Below are positions 15,210 to 28,760 of a stretch of 64,000 nt of DNA, piece after piece. The stretch's first letter is position 1. Each line of letters starts with the position of its first letter. The position numbers were made by a program, and so were the translations under genes. This stretch comes from Octopus vulgaris (taxonomy: Eukaryota). The notes beneath the pieces were generated by a model that searched no databases, was not told the origin of the DNA, and saw only the letters and a list, made by a program, of their open reading frames with translations. The stretch spans positions 43,214,001-43,278,000 of the forward strand of contig OX597822.1 of NCBI GenBank assembly GCA_951406725.2, given 5' to 3'.

Positions 15210-15368
15210 GAGTGTGAGAGCAGTGCATGCGATCAAAGTGACACTGGGTTAAAATATACGAAGCCCAGTATACCCATCATAACTACCCGTCTGATAAGGG
15301 TACACCAAGCACATGCATCACAGCCATATGTATGCGACACAGTGATCTCATATCAAGATAAACAACAC
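15210..15368 (-). mobile_element. Short 3' copy of the (AAT)n-inserted element
   Basis: Direct repeat of 15460-15612. Confidence 0.8.
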
Positions 15369-15392
15369 ATTATTCTCCTCCTCCTCGTTGTC

Positions 15393-15458
<66 letters not shown>

Positions 15459-15459
15459 G

Positions 15460-16001
15460 AGTGAGAGAGCAGTGCATGCCATCAAAGTGACACTGGGGTA
15501 AAATATACGAAGCCCAGTATACCCATCATGACTACCTGTCTGATAAGGGTACACCAGGCACATGCATCACAACCATGTATGGCGACATGGTGATCTCATA
15601 TCAAGATAAACAGCATTTGACCTTGCAGGTGGGACCCAGTTAGAATTCTCTTCTGGTCGAGTAACCCATCCCGCTCAAAAGGTCCCTGAATAAGGGTTGT
15701 TTAACGAACCACCCATGTTTCCAGAGGTGAATTATTCAAACCCTAAAGAATTCCTCTCAAATCATGACTATAATGCTCCCCCACTTCTTCTGCTCGTGAT
15801 CAGAGATGCACATACCGTCAGTCACTAAGGGACATGCTCAAATGGTTACGGTCAAACAACTGACAAGCAAATCTGTGGTATTGAACAGAATATTTGCTGT
15901 AGCCCATCTTTTATACCAAGACAAAAACAATGCACATGATAGCACTTGCAATCAGTTAAGATCAGAAGCCACGAGAGCCACTGCCTGGCACTGCATCAGG
16001 G

Positions 16002-16003
<2 letters not shown>
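15460..16003 (-). mobile_element. Non-coding ~545-bp element inserted in (AAT)n; longest copy
   Basis: Reverse complement of 13381-13790 plus additional 5' sequence; (TTA)n on both sides. Confidence 0.8.
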
Positions 16004-16057
<54 letters not shown>

Positions 16058-16079
16058 ATTATTATTATTATTATTATTA

Positions 16080-16308
16080 GGGAGGCGAACTGACAGAAAA
16101 CTTAGTACGCCGGGCGAAATGTTTAGTGGTATTTTGTTCGTCTTCAGCGTTCTTAGTTTAAACTCCACCGATGTCGACTTTGTCTTTCATCCTTTCGGGG
16201 ATGAGATGGGGGTGGGGTCGATGAAAAAAGTACCAGTTACGCACTGGGGTCTATCTAATCGACTCTCCCCTCTTCCAAAACTGCCTTGTGCTTATGGTAG
16301 AAAGAATT
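16080..16308 (+). mobile_element. SINE family B
   Basis: Collinear with 14975-15188. Confidence 0.8.
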
Positions 16309-16359
16309 ATTATTATCATTGTTAGTATTAGCAGTAGTAGTAGTTGCTGCAACAACTGC

Positions 16360-16394
<35 letters not shown>

Positions 16395-17170
16395 AAGAAG
16401 TAGAAGTAGTAGTAGTAGTAGTAATAGTAGTAGTATACAATAATTACTGATTTCTATCAATAGAAAATAATTGAAAAATTTGTTTTTGTGCTAGTAAGAG
16501 GTTGATGGGAAAATAGTACTGGTTGTGGTGGTTCTGGTAATTGTTGTTGCTGTTGTAGCCGTTATTGTTGTTGTTGTTGTTGCTGGTGTTGTTGCTGTTG
16601 TTGTTGTTGTTGTGTGGTGGCGGTGGTGGTTGTTGCCGGGTGGATTTCAGCTGAGAGTTTTTAAATGGAACTAATAGCTGATTAATAAATATATTTAATT
16701 TGTCGAGAATTAAATCTCCAAGGATAATGGCCTCTGGTTGTAGTGGTTGCAGTGATTGGTGGTTGCGGTAGCAGTGGAACTGGTAGCTTGTAGTAGTGGT
16801 GGTTGTAACAGTCGTTTTGTAAGTGGAGGTGTCGTTGGTGTTATTAATGGTGAGTGTGGTGGTGGCGGTGGTAGTGATTATAGAAATGCTGATGCTGTTG
16901 TTGGTGATGTTGATAATGATGGTGTTGATGGTGGTGGCGGTGGTGGTGAAAGTGTTTTCGGTTGTAATGAAATAGTGTAATTAGTGCTGCAGTTTCTGTT
17001 TCACTCCAGCCGTGACCTTCCCATTATATATATATATATATATATACGTATGTGTGTATATATGTATATATATATATATATAGGTATGTGTATATATATA
17101 TATATATACTATATATATTATATATATATTTATATATATATGTTTATATATGTATCTATACATGTATGTT

Positions 17171-17218
<48 letters not shown>

Positions 17219-17219
<1 letters not shown>

Positions 17220-17483
17220 TCTTTTTACTCTTTTACTTGTTTCAGTCACTTGACAGTAGTCATGCTGGAGCACCGCCTTTAGTCGAGCAAATTGACCCCA
17301 GGATTTATTCTTTGTAAACCTAGTACTTATTCTATCGGTCTATTTTGCCGAACCGCTAGTTTACGGGGACGTAAACACACCAGCATCGGTTGTCAAACGA
17401 TGCTGGGGGAAGAAACACAGACACACAAATATATACACATACATACATACATACATACATACATACATACATACATACATACA

Positions 17484-17543
<60 letters not shown>

Positions 17544-17694
17544 ATAGAAATATTAAAATTACTAAGTTCGAAGGTTATAATGGATACAGATCGTGTATCA
17601 ATAGCTATCTTGATGGCGGTGGCCTCATGGAGCTGACCATGGCAGCGATTATTCTTATATCCATAAGAATGCCATATTAATATGGCGATAACAA

Positions 17695-17737
<43 letters not shown>

Positions 17738-17865
17738 GAGAGGCTTCTTTCAGTTTCCGTCTACCAAATCCACTCACAAGGCTTTGGTCGGCCCGAGGCT
17801 CTAGTAGAAGACACTTGCCCAAGGTGCCACACAGTGGGACTGAACCCGGAATCCTGTTGTTGGTA
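17219..17865 (-). mobile_element. SINE family A with an insert in its internal TA tract
   Basis: 3' half 17219-17430 and head 17735-17865 match the 37110-37512 copy. Confidence 0.85.
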
Positions 17866-17981
17866 TACATACATGTACAAAGTTACGTAAACATAAGCAT
17901 ATGAAACCACTTAATTATTCATCCTAATGTAGATAAATAGGAGAGAGACAGTGTGTATGAGAGAGAGAGAGAGAGAGAGAG

Positions 17982-18013
<32 letters not shown>

Positions 18014-18375
18014 GGAAATAAATAAAATGAGCTTTAAACCCGAAAACCCAAACAGATATCCTGCTGGAACATTGAGATGCACTCAGATACACCTGTATGT
18101 ACATACCAATCTCAAATCATGTGCACCTGTACAAATATAGAACAGGTATGTAGCTTCTTCCACCTGCTGACACATCGCCTATTTATAACGGAGGCCTAGA
18201 AAGGCTTACGTACAAGCTTACTTAAATCCAAGTTGTAATATATATATATATCTTCGTATAAATATTATATGTGCCTGACTGTATAAACATATGCATATGG
18301 ACATACATGTATATTTGTATATATGTGTGTATTTATGTATATATGTATGTACATATATTTATGTACATACATATA

Positions 18376-18431
<56 letters not shown>

Positions 18432-18515
18432 CATATATACAAATATACATACATGTCCAATAACACAGTTATTGGACATTGCGTTGTTTTCTCTTGCTCG
18501 TTCTTGTTCGGATTG

Positions 18516-18567
<52 letters not shown>

Positions 18568-18666
18568 TGAGGGAGACTGACTATATATATATATTAATAA
18601 TAACAATGACATGACAGACCTCGATATTATGTAAACTTTCGAACCCAGGTTCGAAATTTCACTAAG

Positions 18667-18710
18667 ACACCTGATGAAGGCCGTAGGGTATATCAGCCGA
18701 AACGTTGTGT
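18667..18710 (+). ncRNA. Minimal type I hammerhead ribozyme in repeat 18633-18800
   Basis: ACAC-CTGATGA-aGGC...GCC-GAAA-CG-TT-GTGT; stem I ACAC/GTGT, AACGTT palindrome. A decayed paralogue lies at 56782-56825. Confidence 0.75.
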
Positions 18711-18945
18711 TAACAGCAAACAAGACGAGGACAAATATCTGTCATATGTAAATAATGTAAACAATGTACATAATTCTTCATCTCTTAAATATAGAACTGT
18801 GTTTCTGAGATTATTGTTCAGACCAATGATTCTTACCCATTTATCCCTAGGGATCCATTTGATTTCAATTTTAATCGGGTGGGTCGTTATAACTATTCGA
18901 TCCTTTCAAAAATTCCAATCATGTTTCGATAATTAAATATTCGGA

Positions 18946-19343
18946 ATTCTTTTATTTGTTTCAGCCATCTGACTGCGGCCATGCTGGAACACCATATTTA
19001 GTCTAACAAATCGACCCCTAGTAAGCTAGATTTGTAAGCCTAGCCTAGTACTTATTCTATCAGTCACTTTTGCCGAACCACTAAGTTATGGGGACGTAAA
19101 TACACCAATGTCGGTTGTCAAGCGGTGGTGGGGGACAGAGGCACACAAACACACACACACACATATATATATATATACATATATACGACGGGCTTCTTTC
19201 AGTTTCTGTCTACCAAATCCACTCACAAGGCTTTGGTCAGCCCGAGGCTATAGTAGAAGACACTTGCCCAAGGTGCCACGCAGTGGAACTGAACCCGGTA
19301 CCATGTGGTTGGGAAGTAAGCTACTTACCACACAGCCACTCCT
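18946..19343 (-). mobile_element. SINE family A, near full length
   Basis: Collinear with 37110-37512. Confidence 0.88.
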
Positions 19344-19429
19344 TTGAAAATGATTAAAATATTTTATGTATTATAGGAGTATAACTGATTTATAGCTCAT
19401 AATCTTTAGCAACAAAATCCTACACAGAG

Positions 19430-20670
19430 CCCTCCGTTGAAAAGCATTGGTTCAGACCGTTCCTCATAATTACTTCTCCCAGCTTTTTGTGTTTCTCAGT
19501 GTACCACCTCGCTGTTCACGGTACAACAATGTTTGAGAAAATCAAAGAGAATAATGCCCTTGGCATCCTCCAGTATCAGTTATCATGTTTTTCCATGTTG
19601 ATTTTCTGACTATCGAACTTAGGCCTAGGAGAAGAGATCTTACGCCATTCCATGAACTAAACCGTCATTTCCAGATCATAGAGGCGCACACATTTTCCAT
19701 CATCTGTCACAGATAAAAAAAAAAAAAAAAGATTCTTCATCGGCTTTAAGCTTTTCCCACAGATTAGAGTAGACGTCCAAACTTCTTTCTAAATTGTGTG
19801 AGAATGTTGCCGAGGTATCTAATTTAACCATTTTCTGATACCGAGAGCCTTCCACCAGCTTCTGTAACGCTTCATGATCGTAGTCCAGTCGTGCGCCAAT
19901 CTCATCTGTTCACGGGAATTAATTCGTCGATCACTGACAGTAATTATCTTTGGTCGCAGTTGAAGGCCTTTCACTGCGTGATTTGTCTTCAATACTGGTT
20001 TCTGTTTCTTTCAACGTCTTCACCCGTCTGAGCGAATTGCTCCTGTGAATGTCGGACGACCTACATCAGCGCTGAATTAACCGTTAAGCAAAATAAGCAC
20101 GTGCTTCAAGCATCAAGGGAAAGTGGGTGGACACAGGAATGGTAAATGGTTTACGACAAGACAAGGAATCACTTTAAACTTGATAAAATTAATATTCGAA
20201 ATACCTCATCTATATTAAATGTAGAAGCAGATGTATTATGTGAGATTAATTTTGAGGATCTTATCAAAAACTTTGCACTTAAAAAGATTATAGGACAAAA
20301 CTTTTCAAATATAAAGTGGAAGTATACAAAAATAAACAATATTTTCTATCTTATTGTCGGTTTTGTTTCATTTTCAAAATAGAAATTATTTTATGGTTTA
20401 TTACTGTTTACATTTTGAATTACATATATATGGGGTTACCAAAGTCTTTTAAATGCTTAGGGCCTCTACGGATCTTAATCCGGCCCTACCCAATATACTC
20501 CTCTATCGTTCCGGCCCTGCCCTATATACTCCTCTATCGTCTATAAAGAAAAATGCGAGTTGTCGGTGATGGTCTGTTGCCACTGTTTGGACCCAATTAT
20601 TTGCCTTCGAAGAAAAATAGAGAGAATTATGTTCCGGCAAAAATCTAGCATATTCAATTTGAACGATCTG
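19430..20670 (-). pseudogene. Decayed mariner transposase interrupted by a hAT-derived element
   Basis: Minus-strand remnants ETSIEDKSRSERPS (EDxxRSGRP motif) and VTDDGKCV (TGDEKW-like). Confidence 0.55.
20067..20488 (+). mobile_element. hAT-derived non-autonomous element
   Basis: TIR-like CAGCGCTGAATTAA / TTAATCCGGCCCT; ILNVEADVLCEINFEDLIKNFALKK resembles a hAT dimerisation-domain tail; 8-bp TSD-like ACCTACAT / CCCTATAT. Confidence 0.6.
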
Positions 20671-20934
20671 AGTCAGTTAATAGGAAAATTGTACTCACGT
20701 TTGTATTACTTTCAGTACAAATATCGCATGTGTGTGTGTATTTATGTGTGTGTGCATGTACGGTGAAAATTCGAAGTCACAGTCACCTATCTTCTTGTAA
20801 AAGTCTAATAGAAATATAATCGACTAAAATATTGACTAAAAACTATTGATTAATTCTCCAGTTTAAAGCTTTTATATCTTTATATAGAACTGAACATAAA
20901 AAAACATAACAACCATACAAACAGTATATATATG

Positions 20935-21040
20935 TTTAAGCCTTGCTCTATTCTTCTATTTTGTTACTGGGACGTAAACACACAAACACCGTTTGTCAAG
21001 CCAGTAGGAGGAACAAACACAGGTACAAAGGGACACACAC

Positions 21041-21117
<77 letters not shown>

Positions 21118-21252
21118 CCGTCTGACAAATCTACTCAGACAGCTTCGGTCGGCCCGAGGCTATATTAGAAGACGCCCAAGGTGTCATGCAGTTGGACTGA
21201 ACCCGGAACCACGTAGTTTGGAAACCAGCTTCTCACTACAAAGCCACGCCTG
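20935..21252 (-). mobile_element. SINE family A, decayed
   Basis: GGACGTAAACAC; GGTCGGCCCGAGGCTAT; GACTGAACCCGGAACC. Confidence 0.7.
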
Positions 21253-22391
21253 AGATCGGAAAAACAAAGCAAACAAAAAAACAGAATGGTTTGGGTCGTC
21301 ATTCCACAAGTTAGAATCGTTCAAATGTGAATGGGTTACTGATCACCTATTTTCATTGGAAAATCGTCTTTCATCACCCACCGCAGGGTCCAGTCCTTGT
21401 TGGGATATTGTGGTTAGTGTGTCCCAGTGACCCTCAGAGACATACCAGTAAAGCGTAAGTTCCTGGTTGGGCCTCGTATGCTGAACAAGCCAGAGGGTCG
21501 CGGTAAGAGGATTGAAATCAGAATGTTGAGATCAGAGTATTATGGACCACATCTATCCAAATCTAAAACTGGGTTTAAGTAGGATCAATTCTCCTATATA
21601 GAAATAAAGCCAAGTTTTAGAATCACCGATGACAGTTCATAACCAATAAGGCCTGAGAGAGGGAGGCTTTCTCTCAGGGACTGGCCGGAGTCGAGAATAA
21701 AGGACAAAAGTCAGAGATGGTCTATGTTCTTATAGAGAGAAAGGGTTTAAGTAAGTATGTTATCTATGACGAGTTTGTTCAAAGTACGCAGATGCTCAAA
21801 TATGAGATTTGCTTGGAAGGCATGAGTCGTTTGTAAGAAATAACGGTGAAGAAGAGGCCTAAGGCATGGACAAACGCGTCTTTTATTTTATTTCAACATC
21901 GATAGAATAGAAATGAGACGAAGAGAAAACAATTTATACAAATATTGAACAGCGAAAGAGTAAAGAATAATTATTAAAATATGATAATTATTCCAATGTT
22001 AAATCAATATGAACGAAAAATAAATAATAAATACAAATATTTGGAATAAACAAACGCTGCACGACGACAGGACACCTACCTACATCATATCCGTGCCGTT
22101 TTGCGAAAGCATAATTATTGTTCCTTATTGCCCTTCGATGTGTACACCTGAAACAGTTATTCTCTTGTTGGCAAAGTAAAAACACAACGTGAAAGGTCAC
22201 CGATTTCAGACGACAGAAAATATTAAAGTAAGTTTACTACGAATTCTGTGCGCTCTTCCAGAAAACATGTTCCAGGACAACCTTTAAAACTGGACAAACT
22301 GGCGTATATATGAAGGAACCAAACCGAACAAATTATAAGTGAATCAATAAACTGTTTTATTTTAAAGTTTGGATTTCTTTTTAGACACATG

Positions 22392-22579
22392 TACGACGGG
22401 GTGCTGAAAAGTTCCTGACTTTAAGGGTATTCCGAGGTTTTTTACAGGGCTTAGAAAAACTGAAGGACTGCTGCGATAAGTGCGTAAATCTGAGAAGGGA
22501 ATATGTTGAATAAAATCATAATCAACTGATCCTCCTGTATTTTCTTTTAACGCCAGGAATATTTTAGCACTACCTCTTA
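22392..22579 (+). mobile_element. Internally deleted mariner element (MITE)
   Basis: TIRs GGGGTGCTGAAAAGTTCCTG / CAGGAATATTTTAGCACTACC, TA flanks; transposase tail GLEKLKDCCDKCVNLRREYVE*. Confidence 0.75.
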
Positions 22580-22686
22580 TATGTAATAATGGATGGTGTG
22601 TATGTATATAAATACCAACACGTGCGCAAATATGTATTTGTATATGCATGCGTATATGCGTATATATATATGTGTGTGTGTATACT

Positions 22687-22763
<77 letters not shown>

Positions 22764-22814
22764 AAACATATATATACACATATACGTACATATATATGTG
22801 TGTGTGTATGTATG

Positions 22815-22875
<61 letters not shown>

Positions 22876-22879
<4 letters not shown>

Positions 22880-23379
22880 GAGTAACTTTAAGGAGAAGCA
22901 AGTTAGGCAAGTCAACATAAAAAAATATTTAATGCATTTAATACAAAAAATGTACATATGTGATGCTACTGAGTTAGACATGGCCTGGGCCTATACTAGC
23001 CGAAACCTATCAAAGTTATGTTTCCACATTAGTAAGTCCGACTTACACAGAATAGAAATGAGATCAGGAATTAAAGGGGTTTTACGAGTCTAACAGCTGT
23101 TTCTGGGGGTTTGGTGGTCCCAAATCTTTAAGCTCCATTCTGTCAACACCTCAAATGTAAAATTCTTCCCTGAAGACGGTGGCTGGAATTATACGATGAT
23201 GGAATCTAGTTACAATCATTATTTTGAAACACCAAACCCCCAGAAAAGTTGTTGAACTCGTTAAACACTTATTCAACCTCTTTAATACCAGATATAATTT
23301 CTATTTTTGTATTAAATGTATTTAATATGTTTTGTATATCAACTTGCCTAATTTGCTTGTCCTTACGTTTACTCCTCTA
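22876..23379. mobile_element. Fold-back element with inverted arms and hammerhead remnants
   Basis: GAGGAGTAA...AAGCAAGTTAGGCAAGT vs ACTTGCCTAATTTGCTT...TTACTCCTC; TTTCTGGGGGTTTGGTG vs CACCAAACCCCCAGAAA; CTGAAGA at 23170; GAAACAGCTGTT on the minus strand at 23091-23104. Confidence 0.65.
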
Positions 23380-23524
23380 CCTGCTCAAGTTCAAATCTCG
23401 TGACCATTACGAAGTGTATTCTATAAGTAGAATACCTGCCGCTAATGTATGTATGTATGTATGTATGTATGTATGTATGTATGTATGTATGTATGTATGT
23501 ATCTATCCATCCATCCATCCATCC

Positions 23525-23593
<69 letters not shown>

Positions 23594-23619
23594 CATATTT
23601 AGAATGATAGATAAGTTTC

Positions 23620-23880
23620 TTTATTAACCACACAGAGACGAACACAGAGGGGACAAAATACAATGTAGAGCTTTTCTTTTCGAAAATAGAAGAAAAGGAG
23701 AAAAATAAAATTCCGATCAAAAGGAATCGTGTATCACAGAAAATATTTAAAATGTAAAAAGAAAGATTAGGTTTATCCATGGGAAGAAAGGTCTATGGAA
23801 AAGGCCACAGTAAACTCGGGTGGGGAGGGAATAGACACATGAAAGCAGAGTGCTCTCTCTCTTTTTTCCCGATTTACAGG
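23620..23880 (-). mobile_element. Inverted, diverged copy of the same Tx1-type 3' UTR joined to the 5' truncation point
   Basis: Reverse complement of 25157-25510 (GGATAAACCTAATC, AGCTCTACATTGTATTTTGTCC, CCTGTAAATCGG). Confidence 0.85.
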
Positions 23881-25167
23881 TATAGCAACCTGGTCGGCGA
23901 GACACTAATAGAATACGAAGCGGTAACGAGATCAAAAATTAACCGGGAGAAGTCAGTGGGATTGCAGCTCGGCACCTGGAGAAGCAAGCCCATGCAATCC
24001 AACAGCGTCTCCATCGTGGGACGCTGGACTGATGGACGGGTTAAATTGCTCGGAGTCTGGTTCGTTCCATACCTCCAAATGGAGAAGAACTGGGGTGAGA
24101 TAACGACAAGGGTGGCCACTCTCACCCAGCAATGGACCGAGATGAAGCTATCCCTAAAAGGTCGGGCCGCGGTGGCGAACACGTACATCGCTTCCATCAT
24201 CGATTACCGTCTAATCGTCGTGGCTTGTCCCGACCCTACCATCACCAAACTGGAACGCATATTCTTCCGCTTTTTGTGGAAGGGAAGCGTTCCGATGGCT
24301 AGGCGATCCATTTGCTGGTTGATGATACGCAGACATGCACTGAGACTGTGACATCTCCGGCGCTTCATAGACGACAGTGAACAGGTATAGTCGCCGTTTG
24401 AGCGACGCGCTTTCTCACAGATCGTCTCTTTGGCCGAACTGCAGTCGTGGATCAAACAGAAACCGAAGCTAAGCGAATGGCACCGTAAGTGTTGCGTTCA
24501 GGACCAAACTCGAGCGACTTCAATTCCACAAAGGCGCACTATAGAGGATTAGTGGAAGGTAGGTGCGACAACGTTCTCGAGCAGAATCTGGGCGTCGACG
24601 AGGAACACCTGAACCACCTGTTCAGGACAACTTTCGGGCCGGGTCCTATGGACAATCACCAGAGATCCTTGGCCTATCAGTGCTATCGAGAAGCATTACT
24701 CGTTCAGGATAAGCTCTACAGGAACAGTTCAAGACACACCGGAACGACTTGCCCAAGATGCGGTCAGAGATGCGAAGCCGTTCTGCACGCACTCGTTCAG
24801 TGTCCAACTGTTTCGGACCTGTGGGCTTATGCGGAAGGGTTGATGTCACGTGTGGGACTAGTCCGCATATCGGCCGAGTCTATCATGACAAGTGCACCGC
24901 CACCTTCCCTCAACCGGGAAGGCGAGACAGTCTTCATCGTACTGGTGGCCATGGTGAAAGAATGTGTGTGGCGGACTCTAGCGAAAGGTTTAGAGACAAA
25001 AACTTACCTCTCTGGCCAATCGCTCATCAACTTTTTCAAGTACCACTTGAAAAGGAAGGTGAGAATAGGTTTTGTCTCATAAAAGTTTAATTAAAAAAGG
25101 TGGGTGAATGTAGCAACGATGATACGTGCGAATGACGAAACCACTTTGAGCATGATCCTGTAAATCG

Positions 25168-25207
<40 letters not shown>

Positions 25208-25510
25208 GACACACACACACACAGATAGAGAGAGGGAGAGAGAGAGAGAGAGCACTCTGCTCTCATGAGTCTTCTCCCTCCATGCCCGAGGTTACTGTGG
25301 TCTTTTCCGTAGGCCTTTCTTCTCACGGATAAACCTAATCTTTTTACAATCTATATATTTTCTGTGATACACAATCCATTTTGATCATTTTTTTTATTCA
25401 CGATCCCTTATGATCGGAATTTTATTTTACTCCATTTTTCTATTTTCAAAAAGTAAAGCTCTACATTGTATTTTGTCCTCTCTGTGTTCGGCCCTATGTG
25501 GCTAATAAAA
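23881..25510 (+). pseudogene. Tx1/L1-clade LINE, 3' part (end of RT, CCHC zinc finger, 3' UTR), ending in (TCCA/TATC)n
   Basis: KINREKS, VKLLGVWF, LSLKGRAAVANT, FFRFLWKG, CPRCG...HALVQC; AATAAA at 25504. Confidence 0.85.
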
Positions 25511-25562
25511 TCTTATCCATCCATCCATCCATCCATCCATCCATCCATCCATCCATCCATCC

Positions 25563-25674
<112 letters not shown>

Positions 25675-25715
25675 CTCTACCTAATTGTCTGTTTGTCTGC
25701 CAGTCTGTTTGCCTC

Positions 25716-25812
<97 letters not shown>

Positions 25813-26389
25813 CGTATATACACAATAGACAGATAGATAATATATATATACTATGACTTTAGATCTAGCCAGCATTGTCAATATATCGTGTCTGACTCCG
25901 TAACGTTAGCTACATTTTTACCAAAGTAGACAGTTGCAGTCCGCCATTTCGTTTTTTTATTAAAAGCTTTCCAAGATGCACAGGGAATCGTTCTTATTGG
26001 TTGTTTCTTGTTTGTTTCTATAATCAGTCTCTTTATTTTATTGTTTTTAATCTTATTTTCAGTTTGTTTGATGAACATTGATGGCATGGTAAAAGAAGGG
26101 AAAAGGGAGGAGGAAAAAATTTGTACAAATACAGATGAATGAAAAAAATAAAAAATGAAGATGATTGTAATAATATGATAATTATTCAAATATAAAATCA
26201 ATATGAACAAAAAAACTAAGTAAACGAGAAATATAAATATTTAAAATAAAATAATATAAATATGATGAAGTTTTCTCATCCTTTTACATAGGATGATAAA
26301 AGAAGAAATAGATAAGAGGAAGTGGAAAAAAACCCTACTTAAATTGTAGCAACATCAACAAGAACAACAACAACAGTAATATTAATGCT

Positions 26390-26398
26390 TTAATAACG

Positions 26399-26466
<68 letters not shown>

Positions 26467-26482
26467 AATAATAATAATGATG

Positions 26483-26520
<38 letters not shown>

Positions 26521-26699
26521 TATAAATAAATAACATTAACAATAAAGACAATAATAATAATAATGATGATGATAAAAAATAAATAACATTAACAATAATG
26601 GCAATAATAATAATGACAATAATAATAAAAATTATAACTGTAAAAATAATAATAATCGTAATAATAACAATGATGATGATAATAATAATAATAACAATG

Positions 26700-26787
<88 letters not shown>

Positions 26788-27389
26788 TAATAATAATTAT
26801 CATCAAAATGGTAAAAATCGTTATAGTAATAATAATAAGAATTATGATGATAATAGTAATGATATTGATAACTCTAATATCAATAATAAGAATAATAATA
26901 TTGATAATAGTTGTAATGATAGGTTTCGTTATTGAAGTATTAATGATAATATAAAGAGTAGTTTGTGGTAATAATTATTGTTATTATAGTGTTAATATAA
27001 CTAATGTGTATGATGATGATGATGGTGATGATAATGATGATGCTGGTGATGGATGATAATGATGGTGATAATGACAAAGATGTTGGCGATGGTGGTGGTG
27101 GTGCTGTTTATAATAACGATGGTGGTGAAGAAGATGATGTTAATGATGAGGATGATGATAATGATAGTGATGATGATCAGGATGATGATGATGTTGATGA
27201 TGACGACGATGATTTTGATGATGATGATGATGACGTTGATGATTATGATGACGACGAGAGACGACGACGACGACGACGTTGATGATGATGATGATGATGA
27301 TAACGTTAGTGATGACGACGACGATGATGATGCTGATGACAATGATGACAATAATGATGCTTCGGTGGTGACGGCGGTGATGATGATAG

Positions 27390-27421
<32 letters not shown>

Positions 27422-27629
27422 TTGACAATGGTGAAGGTGATTGTAATGATGTGTGTGATGGTTTTATGATGACGATGATGATAATGAAAGTGATGATGGT
27501 GTTGATCGTGTTGATGATGATGAGAAAACAGCAACAACACCACCACTATCACGACGACGACGACGACCACCACCACCACCACCACCAACAACAACAACAA
27601 AACAACACTTCTATTACCACCACCAACAT

Positions 27630-27690
<61 letters not shown>

Positions 27691-28140
27691 GCAATATCGT
27701 GGTAATGGTGGTAGTAGTTTGTGATGGTGGTGAGGTGTAGTTGGTGTTGGTGATAGAAGCGTTGTTGTTGTTATTGGTGGTGGTGGTTGTGGCAGCAGTG
27801 ATGAAGTGGTGGTGTTGGTGTTGGTAGTGGCGGTGTTGGTGGTACCTCACTGCGTATGGGAGAATGTAGAATGTAGAATGCTCTTCAGTTTATGATGCTG
27901 AAGGGGATTCATGGTTGTGAAAAGTGATAACCATAATGGCAACGGCGGTGGTGGTTTTAGTGGTGGTGTTGGTGGTGGTGGTTGTGGTAGTGGTGGTGGT
28001 GGGGGTAGTGGTGGTAGTGATGGTGGTAGTAGTGTTAGTGTTATTGTTGTAGGTGGTAGTAGTGGTGGTGGTAGTAGCAATGATAGTAGAAGTAGTGGTT
28101 GTGGTGGTGTTAATGATGCTGATTTTGATGATTGTGATTA
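26390..28140. repeat. Compound trinucleotide tract (AAT, GAT, GAC, CAC, ACT, GGT)
   Basis: Directly visible; source of the poly-I/M/D/G ORFs. Confidence 0.95.
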
Positions 28141-28199
28141 TGTGTATCTTGTTAAACGTCTGGCTGTTGGTCCTCAGATCGCTGTCTAGCCCCAGGTGA

Positions 28200-28760
28200 G
28201 GTTTGACCCGTCGATCCTATGATGCACTCGGCATCATAGGATGCATTCCGATGCATTCCGATACTATGACACATTCGGCCAAACGATGAGATGTCACACG
28301 CTGATCCGATTTCCTTATTTCGTTATACCATAAAGGTGGAGTGCTGGCAGAATCGTTATCACGCCGGGTGAAATGCTTAGCGACATTTCATCCCTCCTTA
28401 CGTTCTGTGTTCAAATTCCGCCGAGGTCGACTTTGCCCTTTCATCTTTTCGGGGCTGATAAATTAAGTGCTAGTGAAACACTGGGTTCGATGTAATCGAC
28501 TAGTCCCTCCTTCAAAATTTCAGGCTTTGTGCCTCGAGTAGAAAGGATTTCGTTACACGATATCTTCATCAGACTGAAGACCATTCTATATACTCCAATA
28601 TGCACTGAGACCTAGGTTTCAGACCCTTGAGATCTGAGCTTCAGACAGTAACGCCTAGCGTTGCTCACATATAATGAAGGTGGATAAGATGATTTTGATC
28701 AAAATAGATCATTTGATGGTTCCACTGCATTTATTGGTGGTAATGCACATCACTGCACAG
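28200..28760 (-). pseudogene. Decayed RTE-like LINE fragment interrupted by a SINE
   Basis: Minus strand GGGTCTGAAACCTAG = GSET(W to stop), the LLYGSETW motif; V.N.EIR remnant split by the SINE. Confidence 0.45.
28334..28549 (+). mobile_element. SINE family B with apparent target duplication
   Basis: Flanked by ATTTCGTTATACCATA and ATTTCGTTACACGATA. Confidence 0.85.

Noticed and set aside
28548-28572. Minus-strand CTGATGA...GAAA hammerhead look-alike
   Set aside because: No stem II pairing; it lies in an RTE remnant at a SINE junction.
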